64,000 nt of DNA from Myxococcota bacterium (GTDB lineage Bacteria; Myxococcota_A; Bradymonadia; UBA7976; UBA1532): positions 54,507-118,506 of the forward strand of contig JAYZEG010000028.1 of NCBI GenBank assembly GCA_036337435.1, in the 5' to 3' direction. The notes below the pieces were generated by a model, which worked only from the letters and a program-made list of their open reading frames with translations, did not search any database and was not told where the DNA came from. A program made the translations under genes and the position numbers. Shown in pieces: positions 1 through 9,785 of the stretch (position 1 is its first letter; every line of letters begins with the position of its first letter).

Positions 1-2
1 CC

Positions 3-872
3 GATGTTGTGACCCTCATTCTTCCACCGGAAGAAGAGGGACTAGAGCCAATGTTACATGTCTTTGGGCAGCAGCCGCTTTTGCCGATTTCTGAACGGAG
101 TGTACGCGACGATTGCGCCTCACTGCTCACGAGTCTCGAATATGCTGAGCTTCCAGGCGAGGCATTGAGATTGAGACGCGGTGCAGAATTGACTCCGATT
201 AACGGTGTTCTGAGAGACGATTACATGTATCGCTTCTGGTGGCATGAAATGAAGCTCGATGGACAGACGGTTGGAATTGTTGCCCTGTATGGTTTTGTGG
301 ACTGGGTTTTATCGCCTCGAGTGAGGCGCCTGCTCGCCAGCCTGATGCCAATGTTAGCAGCCGGCATAAATAATGCGGCTGCCATCGAAAATCTCAGGAT
401 GCAATCAGATCGCGACGAAATGACGGGCCTGATTAATCAACGAGGGGTGTTCGACCAGCTTGACCGAGAATGTAATCGAGCATTTTCGACGGAACGCGAA
501 CTTGCCGTACTCTTGTGCGAGATCGAAGATTTCGACGCTTTCGCTGGTACTGTTGAGGGTGCAGGAGCCCTACAGACATTCTCAGAGCTGGCACTCAGCT
601 TGGACAGAGGATTCGATATCGTGGGACGCATTGCGACAAATGAGTTTGTCTTCATTCTACCCGAGATCGAACCAATTGATGCCCTCAAGCTGGTGGACTC
701 AATTACGACAAATGCAACACAGATCACGCTTGGTGGTCGACCGCTGTCCGTGTCTATTGGACACGCTCAGTATGAAGCAGGCATGTCGTCAGACACTTTG
801 CTTCATAATGCCGATGAGGCACTGTTTGAAGTTCGGCGTCGGCGCGCTTTGAGCCAAAGTAGTGTCGGCTAG
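3..872 (+). CDS. GAF-like + degenerate GGDEF domain protein (5' truncated by window edge)
   Basis: D-EMTGLINQR, GRIATNEF in place of GGDEF, VSIG, ADEALF; frame is open from position 3. Confidence 0.8.
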   Translation, partial: DVVTLILPPEEEGLEPMLHVFGQQPLLPISERSVRDDCASLLTSLEYAELPGEALRLRRGAELTPINGVLRDDYMYRFWWHEMKLDGQTVGIVALYGFVDWVLSPRVRRLLASLMPMLAAGINNAAAIENLRMQSDRDEMTGLINQRGVFDQLDRECNRAFSTERELAVLLCEIEDFDAFAGTVEGAGALQTFSELALSLDRGFDIVGRIATNEFVFILPEIEPIDALKLVDSITTNATQITLGGRPLSVSIGHAQYEAGMSSDTLLHNADEALFEVRRRRALSQSSVG

Positions 873-936
873 TCAGTTTATAGGCCGACAGCAGGTACCT
901 TGAGCCCGCAGGCATTCAATCAAATGCCTGCGAGGC

Positions 937-1218
937 CTAGCGCCGCTGCAGCTCTAACTCTTCTGCGTTTTCTGTCTGCGGTGCCTCGCTGCTTTGTTGG
1001 CATCGGTTTTCAGTACAGCTATACCCGACCTCGCAGTCCTTATGGCTGCGACAAACCAACGCCTCACATCGCTTGCTTGCAACGTTGCAAATGAGTGTGC
1101 CTGGACAATCGTAGTCCTCTTCACACTCACCGCACCCATGAGTAGACAGGCAGGCAATGAGCAAAATAGCCCTCCAAAACCCGCTCGGCAGTTTATTTTC
1201 GGGTGCTATTGACACCAA
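937..1218 (-). CDS. small cysteine-rich putative lipoprotein
   Basis: hydrophobic stretch then THGC; repeated C-x4-C-x5-C motifs (CEEDYDCPGTLIC, CRSHKDCEVGYSC). Confidence 0.6.
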   Translation of the reverse strand: MVSIAPENKLPSGFWRAILLIACLSTHGCGECEEDYDCPGTLICNVASKRCEALVCRSHKDCEVGYSCTENRCQQSSEAPQTENAEELELQRR

Positions 1219-1408
1219 AGTCTCCAGAGAATTTTCACCGACTCGTCAGATTAATCAAGACTGTGCCTTGATTCTAAGGCAGAGGTCAAAATAGTATTTC
1301 GCAAACAGAACATGGAATACGCCGTGTCGTTATTTGTTATGGGATTGCCACATCGGTTTGTCCCATTAGTTGTTCGCGACAGCGAACTCAGCGAAAAGGA
1401 GCGCCAAG

Positions 1409-2854
1409 ATGCGCAAAATAGTGACTTCGACTGTTGTAATGGCAGCTTTCTTCATCTCCGGATGTGGGGAAGAAAGCAGCACAGGAGATGTGCGCCTGGA
1501 CCAGCGGGTGATTGGTGGCGACAGTCAGACTGATGGCGGTGTCGCGAACGATGGGTCTGGTCCAGTTGGGCCGACGGAAAAGCAATTACGCCTATCCTAC
1601 ATCAAGCAGGTTACGCCAAACGGGGGGGGAACGCCGCGTCTCGATTTAGTCGCGTATGATTTTGTTGACGACGAAGAAATAAACTTAACTGCTGGGCAAG
1701 GAGACGGTGGCGTCGATTGTGCAACCAGCTTATGTCGATTGAATTCAGACATGACGTGGGTCGGCTGGATCGGCACGGGCGGCTCCTTGAAGGTTGCCCC
1801 CGTGGATATTGGACAGAAGAGGATTCGAATTGAAGAAACGCGCGTTGTGGCCGAACGACTGGCACGTAATTTCGAATTCACAGAGTACGTACCTAATCCG
1901 GACACACCGGATGTCGGGGTGATCCCGCAGATTGTCTATAGCCAGGGGCAACAAATGGGCGGCACCGGAACCATCGATGTCTACACGGAGCCGGTCGCAG
2001 GCTACGATGAAGCCAACTGCGGTGACGCAAGTCCTAACTGTAAAAATTTAGCCGGAGTGATCACAACCAATGGCGGCTTTCGGGTTACATCTGAAGGGTC
2101 GTTGATCATCTTAATTGAAACCACTCTGTCGACGATGACACTTAAGTTCTTTAATATCGGTACGACCGCTCAACAAACCCTCTACACCTTTGGAGAGCAG
2201 AACCAGACTGGGTCACAATTCTCGGGTCGTCTTCCCATCGGGCTCTCTCCTGATGCGGGTTATTTAGCCGTGTTTACAAACGATTCATTCTTATGGCGCC
2301 TCAACACATTACAGGCAGTCCCATCGCCTCCACCTCCGCAGGCAATCTCCCTGTTTGAGGGAGAAACCCATCCGGATGGTGACTGTCGCAGAATGGGTAA
2401 CCTGGCGTTCAATGAGGTGCGCTTTAACCCTGTTTTTTCTTCCGATTCAGAATGGATCTATTTTCTCGCCCACGGGCCTTGCAGCCGCCGCGGCGATCCG
2501 CCAACCAATCGCGACGATTATGACATTCTGAGAGTCAATCGATTACTGGAGGGTGATGTAGAGAATGTGACGAATAATCTCAGGGCGAGTCACTGGAGCA
2601 ACCATAACATCGGTGACTTTGCGCTTTCCAAAGATGGAACAAAAATCGCATTTACCGCAGAGAGAATGAACAATGTGGGCAGTAAGGCGATTTGGGTCAT
2701 CGACCCAGAAACAGGTGCTTACGATTGTACTCGGAAGGACCCGTTACCTGTGCTTGACGGCCGCGAACGATGCGAATTTATCTCGGATGACAGCACGGGT
2801 GCTGATGCCACCTACCGCGACCTGAGGTTTCACATTGTCGACGTTCCTCGCTAA
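1409..2854 (+). CDS. lipoprotein with TolB/WD40-like (PD40) beta-propeller segments
   Basis: AAGGAG RBS before ATG 1409; lipobox ISGC; motifs LSPDAGYLA, PVFSSDSEWIYF, LSKDGTKIAF. Confidence 0.7.
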   Translation: MRKIVTSTVVMAAFFISGCGEESSTGDVRLDQRVIGGDSQTDGGVANDGSGPVGPTEKQLRLSYIKQVTPNGGGTPRLDLVAYDFVDDEEINLTAGQGDGGVDCATSLCRLNSDMTWVGWIGTGGSLKVAPVDIGQKRIRIEETRVVAERLARNFEFTEYVPNPDTPDVGVIPQIVYSQGQQMGGTGTIDVYTEPVAGYDEANCGDASPNCKNLAGVITTNGGFRVTSEGSLIILIETTLSTMTLKFFNIGTTAQQTLYTFGEQNQTGSQFSGRLPIGLSPDAGYLAVFTNDSFLWRLNTLQAVPSPPPPQAISLFEGETHPDGDCRRMGNLAFNEVRFNPVFSSDSEWIYFLAHGPCSRRGDPPTNRDDYDILRVNRLLEGDVENVTNNLRASHWSNHNIGDFALSKDGTKIAFTAERMNNVGSKAIWVIDPETGAYDCTRKDPLPVLDGRERCEFISDDSTGADATYRDLRFHIVDVPR

Positions 2855-3283
2855 TACGCGGGAATGTACTGCAAACGGACTGCTCCCGAGGTCCGACTCA
2901 ATCGAAATTGGTTGGTCGGGCGGGTGCAGTCTGGTGCAATCGATATCCGAAAGTTTGACTAGCCGTCTGGTAAGTCGTTGATCGATGGATATTTTTTAAT
3001 TTCACTGCGAGCAATTTTCCACGCTTTTTGCACAATCCAAGACAAGGATCGGTCTTGCCGTGCAGCTTCAGCTTGGATTTCCTTGAGCATATCCTCAGGG
3101 AAATAAAGACTCTGTTTTCTTTTATCAGAACCGGACATTTACCTACTCCCCAAAATCTAGGGTCCGCTTATGATTGTCTGCGTGTATCGCAAAGTGTCAA
3201 GTTTGGTTACGATTACCTACTTAGACGCATGTTGTGTACAGAGGTCTTACCTGTTGAATTTACTGGTTTTTTTAGTCTTTTTT

Positions 3284-4642
3284 TTAGTTTTTTGGTGGGG
3301 GCCCACTCGAGGGCTTTAAAGTCGGTATAGGTCGCTTTGGCAAGGTTTCTTTAAATGTTCGTATGAGGCCTTTTCCCGGTTTGCCCAACTTGATGGTGCG
3401 TTTTTTCTCGCCAAATTTAATGGTGCCAAAGGCGTTCAATTCATGAAAATCGGGTACGATGGGCGGTGAAAACGAAGCAGCACTTTGGCGCTTCTGTGTT
3501 TTTGGCCAGTCGAAGCGAAATAGATTTACTTTCCACTCATGCCCAGCAGCGATGGGATGCTTTGCACCGGGTACTTCGGATGCAGGAATCACCATTTCGA
3601 CCGTCCAAGCATTATCTTTATCGTCTCGTTGATTGAGCGTCCCGTCGACGTGGACAGCCGTCTTGAATCCCTCCATATTCCAGGCTCTTGCTGGTCCGAG
3701 CGGACTCCGGTGACGCGTAAATTTTGCGTCGAATACAACGTTTGCAGGCGTGACTTGGAGCTCGAGGTAATCTTTTTTGTCGCCATCCGCATCAATAAAC
3801 AATTCGATGACCTCTTGTTCCCATGTATTGGAATCCCGTTTGGTAAGCGTCCCCCAGACATCGTCATCGATGCTTTCTACAGCGACGTAAAGGTTGTCTT
3901 TATCCCACGCAAACTTGGCTCGAGTTTTGGGGGCTCCAATCTTTTTTCCACTTGGATGTCGCCACCAAGCCGTCCAACGAGCTCGTTTCCAAACAGGTTC
4001 CTCGAGCTTGCCATCAAGGCGAATGCCTTCTACATCCGACATTTTTGCAGCCCTTGCCACAGGTTTAGGCTTTGGTTTGGCCCCGATCACGCTCAGTTCT
4101 GCGACGATAACACGGCCTTCACGATCTTGTTTAGCCGACCCGATGCTTGACACCTTCAGTCTATGATTTCCACGAAATAGTCCCCAATAGATAGAGGCTT
4201 TACCCGATGGGAAGCCTGCCTTTACAACAACCTTTTGGATATCCTTTACGACTTGACCCTTTTTTAGCTTTCTTAAGGGCAGCAAGCCTTCGATGGGGTG
4301 ATGGTCTAAGTTCATCCATGCGTTTCGATTGCCGCGCTTCCCTTGGAAGTGCACGAACATGTTGTTGTCGGCCATTTGGTCAGCCAGTGCTTCTAAATAA
4401 TAGGTTACTGTGAAGCTCTCACCCACTTTAACGCTTGCTTTATCAAGGTCGTACCCGATCAGTTTAAGCTGGTCTTCAATGATGACATCTAAGCGATGCT
4501 GTGGATTGGGCGCGTCGACCAGTATGTGTTCATCCACCTTTTTCTGCTGGGCGGGTGTGAGGGCGAATTCTGCGTGTTCTTGACAGGAAATCGCACACAT
4601 AACGGTACATAAAAACATCAAAACTACATGCACATGCTTCAT
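3284..4642 (-). CDS. lipoprotein with Ig-like domain and carbohydrate-binding family 9-like (DOMON-like) domain
   Basis: lipobox AISC; LDGKLEEPVW, AWDKDNLYVA, ELFIDADGD, WTVEMVIP, W-VNLFR, FH--NAFG motifs. Confidence 0.8.
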   Translation of the reverse strand: MKHVHVVLMFLCTVMCAISCQEHAEFALTPAQQKKVDEHILVDAPNPQHRLDVIIEDQLKLIGYDLDKASVKVGESFTVTYYLEALADQMADNNMFVHFQGKRGNRNAWMNLDHHPIEGLLPLRKLKKGQVVKDIQKVVVKAGFPSGKASIYWGLFRGNHRLKVSSIGSAKQDREGRVIVAELSVIGAKPKPKPVARAAKMSDVEGIRLDGKLEEPVWKRARWTAWWRHPSGKKIGAPKTRAKFAWDKDNLYVAVESIDDDVWGTLTKRDSNTWEQEVIELFIDADGDKKDYLELQVTPANVVFDAKFTRHRSPLGPARAWNMEGFKTAVHVDGTLNQRDDKDNAWTVEMVIPASEVPGAKHPIAAGHEWKVNLFRFDWPKTQKRQSAASFSPPIVPDFHELNAFGTIKFGEKKRTIKLGKPGKGLIRTFKETLPKRPIPTLKPSSGPPPKN

Positions 4643-4701
4643 CTTATATTTGCCTACTTTGGGTGTTCTTGGCGCCACTCTCGCTCAAAATGAGATGCGC
4701 T

Positions 4702-5367
4702 TCAAGGGGTGCTTGGAGCCGTCGGGTCAAAACGGCCGCGTCTTGAAAATACGAGTTCTACGCTCTTATCGGTCTGGTCCGTTCTGATTTGGACCGCATA
4801 GTCGATGAGGGACCATATTCTCCCGACCTTTTCCTTCTTCTTTTCAAGAGCCTTCCCCTTGCCCAACTTCTTAGATGCAACTTCAATTAACGCATCTCTT
4901 CGCTCTTTGACGGCGTAAGCTGGGTGTAGGGTCGCAACGATTGTTTCGACATGGGTTTGCTCTTTGTTCAGCTGAAAATGAATCATTTTGAATTCGGGTG
5001 ATGGATTCATCGCGACCAACCAACGAGACGAGTACGAGGATGGTCGAACACCTTTCCTAGCCTTGAGTGCCTTGAGTGTTGTCCCTGGTTCGGCGAGTAG
5101 GTTGTTTGGCGGTTTTGGTAAGCTTTTAAGCATGTCATAAGGTGACAAGGGCGCGGCAAGCGTGGTGCTTGAATCAACAGCCTTTGCAACGCTGGCGTCC
5201 TTGTTCGCCACCTCTTCGACTTTTTTTTCGTCCTTGGAACACCCGGCAGGTAGCCAGCAAAACACCAGGATGAGTAGACTCGAGACAATTCTCTTACCAG
5301 CCCCATTGAAAAGACGTTCACCCATCTCTATGCTCCAAACGCAGATAATAAAACCCCAGGTTTTCAT
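4702..5367 (-). CDS. hypothetical lipoprotein
   Basis: 221-aa ORF, lipobox-like PAGC after hydrophobic segment; start uncertain. Confidence 0.55.
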   Translation of the reverse strand: MKTWGFIICVWSIEMGERLFNGAGKRIVSSLLILVFCWLPAGCSKDEKKVEEVANKDASVAKAVDSSTTLAAPLSPYDMLKSLPKPPNNLLAEPGTTLKALKARKGVRPSSYSSRWLVAMNPSPEFKMIHFQLNKEQTHVETIVATLHPAYAVKERRDALIEVASKKLGKGKALEKKKEKVGRIWSLIDYAVQIRTDQTDKSVELVFSRRGRFDPTAPSTP

Positions 5368-5384
5368 ACGACAAAGGATTTTTC

Positions 5385-6764
5385 ATGTGGTCGCGTGACC
5401 TAATTTATCACTTTATTGGCATTGGTGGCATTGGCGTCAGTGCCGTCGCTCGTGTCCTTCACCAACAGGGCGTTAGGGTACAGGGTTCGGACGTGCGTGC
5501 AAGTCAATTAACCGAGGCTCTCGAGCAACTGGGCATTTCGGTTACCATTGGTCACAGCGCGGCTAATATCGACGGTGCAGATGTCGTCGTTCACTCGACC
5601 GCCGTTCCATTCGATAATGTCGAACGTCAGGCAGCTCGCGATGCGGGTATTCCGGAAGCGCACCGCTCTGAAATGTTGGGCCTATGCATGCAAGGAAGTC
5701 GAGCCGTCGGAGTGACTGGTACGCATGGTAAGGGTACGGTGTCGGCTATGATCACCCATTCGCTTGTAAAGGCTGGATTAGACCCGACTTTTATTATCGG
5801 CGGGTTATTGAACAACTATCGGTTGAATGCCCAAAATGGCACCCAGCCCTTTGCTGTTGCGGAGGTGGATGAAAGTGATCGAAGTCATTTGAATTTGCGC
5901 CCAGAGATTGTCGTTGTGAACAACTTAGAGGTCGACCATCTCAATTTCTATGATGGGCTGGGTGATATCATTGAGACGATGGCGACTTTCATCAATCAGA
6001 ATGAGTCATTGACGGGCCTTGCACTCAATTGGGATGACCAAGGTGTCCGACGTCTCGCTGGCAAGATTGACGTACCATTCATCAAATATGGTACGTCCGG
6101 CGACAATCTCGATTACAAAGTCGACAACATCGTGGACTACGGAAATGAGGTGGCGTTTACCGCGTACCGTCGATCGGAAGAACTGGGCCGGATTTGCCTC
6201 CCAATCCCAGGCAATTACAATGCTGACAATGCCGCGGGTGCAATCTCTGTTCTGCTCGAATATCTCGACCAACCATTTGAAAAAATTGCAGCGGCTCTCA
6301 ACACCTACAAAGGCCTTGAGAATCGGTTCACCGTCGACCGCTCGAGCGGCATAACAATTGTGAAAGATTATATTTCGCATCCGACAGGCATGCGCCGTGT
6401 CCTTGAAAGTGCGAAAAAAATGGAACACAACAAGATTTGGTGTGTATTCAAACCGTATCGGTTCACGCTCATGAAATATCACGGTTATGAGTACGGTGAT
6501 GCATTGAGCACTGCCGATGAAATTGTCATTACACGCATGTATGCGGCCGAAGAACGGCCGCTTGATGGGATTGATACACCCTGGTTCTGCGACGTTCTGC
6601 GTCAGGCGAACAATGTGGTTAATTATGTGCCCGAAAATCATGACGTGGTGCCCTTTTTGACGGGCACAGTAAAAGATGGAGATATGGTCATTTTTTTTGG
6701 GGGTGATGACTTTTTCAGGATGGCTGACCAATGGGTCAACGATAGAAATTGTTCGAATCAGTGA
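5385..6764 (+). CDS. murC: UDP-N-acetylmuramate--amino acid ligase, MurC family (divergent)
   Basis: HFIGIGGIG, GSD, GTHGK, EVDESD, N-E-DH motifs; C-terminal motifs altered. Confidence 0.85.
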   Translation: MWSRDLIYHFIGIGGIGVSAVARVLHQQGVRVQGSDVRASQLTEALEQLGISVTIGHSAANIDGADVVVHSTAVPFDNVERQAARDAGIPEAHRSEMLGLCMQGSRAVGVTGTHGKGTVSAMITHSLVKAGLDPTFIIGGLLNNYRLNAQNGTQPFAVAEVDESDRSHLNLRPEIVVVNNLEVDHLNFYDGLGDIIETMATFINQNESLTGLALNWDDQGVRRLAGKIDVPFIKYGTSGDNLDYKVDNIVDYGNEVAFTAYRRSEELGRICLPIPGNYNADNAAGAISVLLEYLDQPFEKIAAALNTYKGLENRFTVDRSSGITIVKDYISHPTGMRRVLESAKKMEHNKIWCVFKPYRFTLMKYHGYEYGDALSTADEIVITRMYAAEERPLDGIDTPWFCDVLRQANNVVNYVPENHDVVPFLTGTVKDGDMVIFFGGDDFFRMADQWVNDRNCSNQ

Positions 6765-8080
6765 ATCTAAAAGGTCGCACAGTCGCTGTTTGGGGTGCCG
6801 CACGAAGCGGCGTCGCTGCCGCCAATTTATTGGTCACACTCGGTGCTGAAGTCATCCTGAGCGACAACCGAAGTTTTGATGCTCTGAGCCTCGATACCTT
6901 AGACGCCCGCGTGTCGTTGGAATGTGGTGGAAATGTTCTAGCAGACGCGGACATACTGATACCAAGTCCGGGCATCAAGCCAAGCACTCGAGCCCTTCAA
7001 AACGCATTGATCAGTGGCGTGACTCTATGCAGTGAGATCGAACTCGCAGCCGCGTTTGCGAAATGCCCTATCGTTGCGATAACGGGAACGGATGGTAAGA
7101 GTACAACCACCGAAATGATCGGGTCACTGGTCGAGGGCACGGGTCGACGCGCCATTGTTGCTGGCAATATTGGTGTGCCGTTTTGTGAGCGAGTTTTGAG
7201 TGGTCGCGGAGATGATGTCTTTGTCGTCGAAGTGAGTGCATTTCAACTTTGGTCCTGCTCGAATTTTTCACCCCAAATTGCAGTGATCACGAACATCGCA
7301 GAGGATCATGCCGAATACTTCGATCATGATACGGCCGCATACATCGCCGCCAAGGAACGTATTCTGCAGGACATGGTGCCAGGCAGTCACGCGATTCTGA
7401 GGGGGGACGACCCGTCCGTTGCCCAGTTCACAACCAAAGAAGGCGTACATCGAATCCTTTTTGGACCGAATCAGGTCAGCACAGGCTGGGGCTTCGACGG
7501 TCAGTGCTTGCTGCGGAATGGTGTTCGGGTCATGGATGCTAAAATGCTCTCGGTTCCCGGTCGACACAACGTTTACATTGCCCTCGCAGCCTTGGCGGTG
7601 GGAGACTCTCTTGGCTTGGATCGGGAGGCGGCGATTCGGGGGCTTACCTCTTTCCAGGGACTGCCACATCGGCTCCAACTCGTGTGCCAGAAACGTGGGG
7701 TCTACTGGTATAACGACTCCAAAGCGACCAACCCACATGCGGCAAGTGTCGGCCTTAAGGCCATTGAACGCGACCAGATCGTAATCACAGGCGGCTACGA
7801 GAAGAATCTTGACCTATCCCCGTTCATCGGTGCTTTGGGTCGTGCAAGACAGGTTTACACTGTCGGGCCGACAAGCGACCGACTGACCCGTGCTGTCGAC
7901 GGGCAAGTTCCTATCAAAACCTGTAAAACCCTTTTTGACGCTGTACAAGAAGCGGCGTCCCTTGCGCGGCCTAATGATGCTGTCATTTTATCGCCAGCCG
8001 CCTCATCGTTTGATGCCTACAAAAGCTATGCCCATCGAGGAGAGTGCTTCAACGAGTTTGTTCTTGGGCTGCCGGGCTAA
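6761..8080 (+). CDS. murD: UDP-N-acetylmuramoyl-L-alanine--D-glutamate ligase
   Basis: SPGI, ITGTDGKSTT, EVSAFQL, GLPHRL, YNDSKATN, LSPAASSFD-Y-SY-HRG; GTGA overlap with murC stop. Confidence 0.92.
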   Translation: MNLKGRTVAVWGAARSGVAAANLLVTLGAEVILSDNRSFDALSLDTLDARVSLECGGNVLADADILIPSPGIKPSTRALQNALISGVTLCSEIELAAAFAKCPIVAITGTDGKSTTTEMIGSLVEGTGRRAIVAGNIGVPFCERVLSGRGDDVFVVEVSAFQLWSCSNFSPQIAVITNIAEDHAEYFDHDTAAYIAAKERILQDMVPGSHAILRGDDPSVAQFTTKEGVHRILFGPNQVSTGWGFDGQCLLRNGVRVMDAKMLSVPGRHNVYIALAALAVGDSLGLDREAAIRGLTSFQGLPHRLQLVCQKRGVYWYNDSKATNPHAASVGLKAIERDQIVITGGYEKNLDLSPFIGALGRARQVYTVGPTSDRLTRAVDGQVPIKTCKTLFDAVQEAASLARPNDAVILSPAASSFDAYKSYAHRGECFNEFVLGLPG

Positions 8081-8096
8081 GGACGCAAATCCGTTT

Positions 8097-8312
8097 TCAG
8101 TCTTCGGTCATCCGAGCGACAACCTGGCCTTCTTGGACGGATTCGTTGGGTTCGACCAAAACCTCAGTCAAGACACCATCAGCCGGTGCTTCGATGGGCA
8201 TTTCCATTTTCATTGATTCTAGGATCATCACGACATCTTCTTCGTCTAGTTCATCCCCAACCTGAGCTTCGATCTTCCAAACTGTACCTGTGATGTGAGC
8301 TTTAATATCCAT
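8097..8312 (-). CDS. stand-alone biotin carboxyl carrier protein
   Basis: ILESMKME biotinylation motif; 71 aa; GAGGAG RBS. Confidence 0.9.
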   Translation of the reverse strand: MDIKAHITGTVWKIEAQVGDELDEEDVVMILESMKMEMPIEAPADGVLTEVLVEPNESVQEGQVVARMTED

Positions 8313-8321
8313 TTGTTCTCC

Positions 8322-9686
8322 TCAGTCCAACTTTCCCTTCGCGAAGCGCTCCAGCCACTTTGTGTCAAACTCAGCCCTTTGAACCGCTGGATGCCGCAGC
8401 ACCTTACTCAGGAAAACACGATTTGTGGTCAGCTTTTCGATGGTAAATGCGTCGAGTGCTCTGGCTGCCAGAGCCAAAGCCTCCTCTCGCGATTCGCTAT
8501 GTGCCGTCAATTTTGCGATCATTGGGTCGTAATACTGGGTGACAGTTGCCCCACTCTCTACGCCGCTATCCACCCGGACACCCTCCATCTCTGGTGGGCT
8601 GAAGTGACCGATTTCACCCGGTCTTGGCAGAAACATATTCTCTGGTTCTTCGGCATAGAGTCGACATTCGACAGCAGCACCGCTGATTTCAAGCTCATCC
8701 TGCTCGATTGACAACTTATCACCCGATGCGATTTTTAATTGCCAGGTGATGAGGTCAACGCCCGTAATGGCTTCTGTGACGGGGTGTTCGACCTGGAGGC
8801 GCGTATTCATTTCAATGAAGTAGAATTCACCGGTTGGTGCCATTACAAATTCGACTGTTCCGGCGTTGCGGTACCCAATGGCGTGAGCCGCCTTTAGGGC
8901 TGCATTGCAAAGGTCATCGCGCAGACCTACTTGGGTGGATACAAAAGGAGAGGGCGCTTCCTCTATTACCTTCTGGTGCCTCCGTTGGAGGGTGCATTCG
9001 CGTTCGAAAAGATGAACCCCATGCCCATGCTGATCAAATAGAATCTGGACTTCGATGTGACGGGGTGACTCGATGTACTTCTCCAAATAAACGGAAGAGT
9101 TCCCAAAGCTACTCTCCCCTCTATCTCGGCAGCTTTCGATGGCTCGTGCGAGTTTGGACTCTCGTTTCACAAGTGCCATACCAATACCACCGCCCCCTCC
9201 TGCAGCTTTGACAAGCACTGGGTAACCAATCTGTTTGGCGATAGCGTGTGCTTCATCTAAGTCGGTGATAGGGCCTTTTGAGCCTGGCACGACTGGAACG
9301 CCCGCTCGCTCAGCGGACTCGCGTGCGATTACCTTATCACCCATGGCCTCGATCACTTCAGGCGTCGGGCCGATGAACCGTATGCCCGCATCTTCACATC
9401 GTCGGGCAAAGCCCGCATTCTCTGACAAAAGCCCGTAACCCGGATGAATGGCGTCCACGGCTTCGGCAATGGCGACTTGTATAATGGCATCCTGGTTCAG
9501 ATAGCTGTCTCCGACAGGTGCAGGCCCAATGCAAACTGCTTTGTCAGCCCGCTTCACGTGAGGCGACTCGGCATCAGCTTCCGAGTAGACCGCGATGCTT
9601 TTGACCTGATTTTGCCTCAGCACATCCACTATCCGCGCTGCAATCTCGCCTCTGTTGGCGACCAGGACCGTCTCAAACATAGTCAA
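8322..9686 (-). CDS. accC: biotin carboxylase (acyl-CoA carboxylase subunit)
   Basis: ANRGEIA, HPGYG-LSEN, GGGGIG, RECTLQRRHQK, EMNTRLQVEHPVTE, YDPMIAK. Confidence 0.92.
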   Translation of the reverse strand: MTMFETVLVANRGEIAARIVDVLRQNQVKSIAVYSEADAESPHVKRADKAVCIGPAPVGDSYLNQDAIIQVAIAEAVDAIHPGYGLLSENAGFARRCEDAGIRFIGPTPEVIEAMGDKVIARESAERAGVPVVPGSKGPITDLDEAHAIAKQIGYPVLVKAAGGGGGIGMALVKRESKLARAIESCRDRGESSFGNSSVYLEKYIESPRHIEVQILFDQHGHGVHLFERECTLQRRHQKVIEEAPSPFVSTQVGLRDDLCNAALKAAHAIGYRNAGTVEFVMAPTGEFYFIEMNTRLQVEHPVTEAITGVDLITWQLKIASGDKLSIEQDELEISGAAVECRLYAEEPENMFLPRPGEIGHFSPPEMEGVRVDSGVESGATVTQYYDPMIAKLTAHSESREEALALAARALDAFTIEKLTTNRVFLSKVLRHPAVQRAEFDTKWLERFAKGKLD

Positions 9687-9785
9687 CTAACCCACTTTGG
9701 TTTCTTATTCACTCCGATCTAGCAGACACTACCACAAGAGCAAAGCTGATTTGAGTCTCTGTCCATCATCCGCATTCGTATCTGC

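Noticed and set aside
8097..9686. Biotin carboxylase plus stand-alone carrier without a carboxyltransferase as a novel system
   Set aside because: Split acyl-CoA carboxylase gene arrangements are common; the partner is probably elsewhere in the genome
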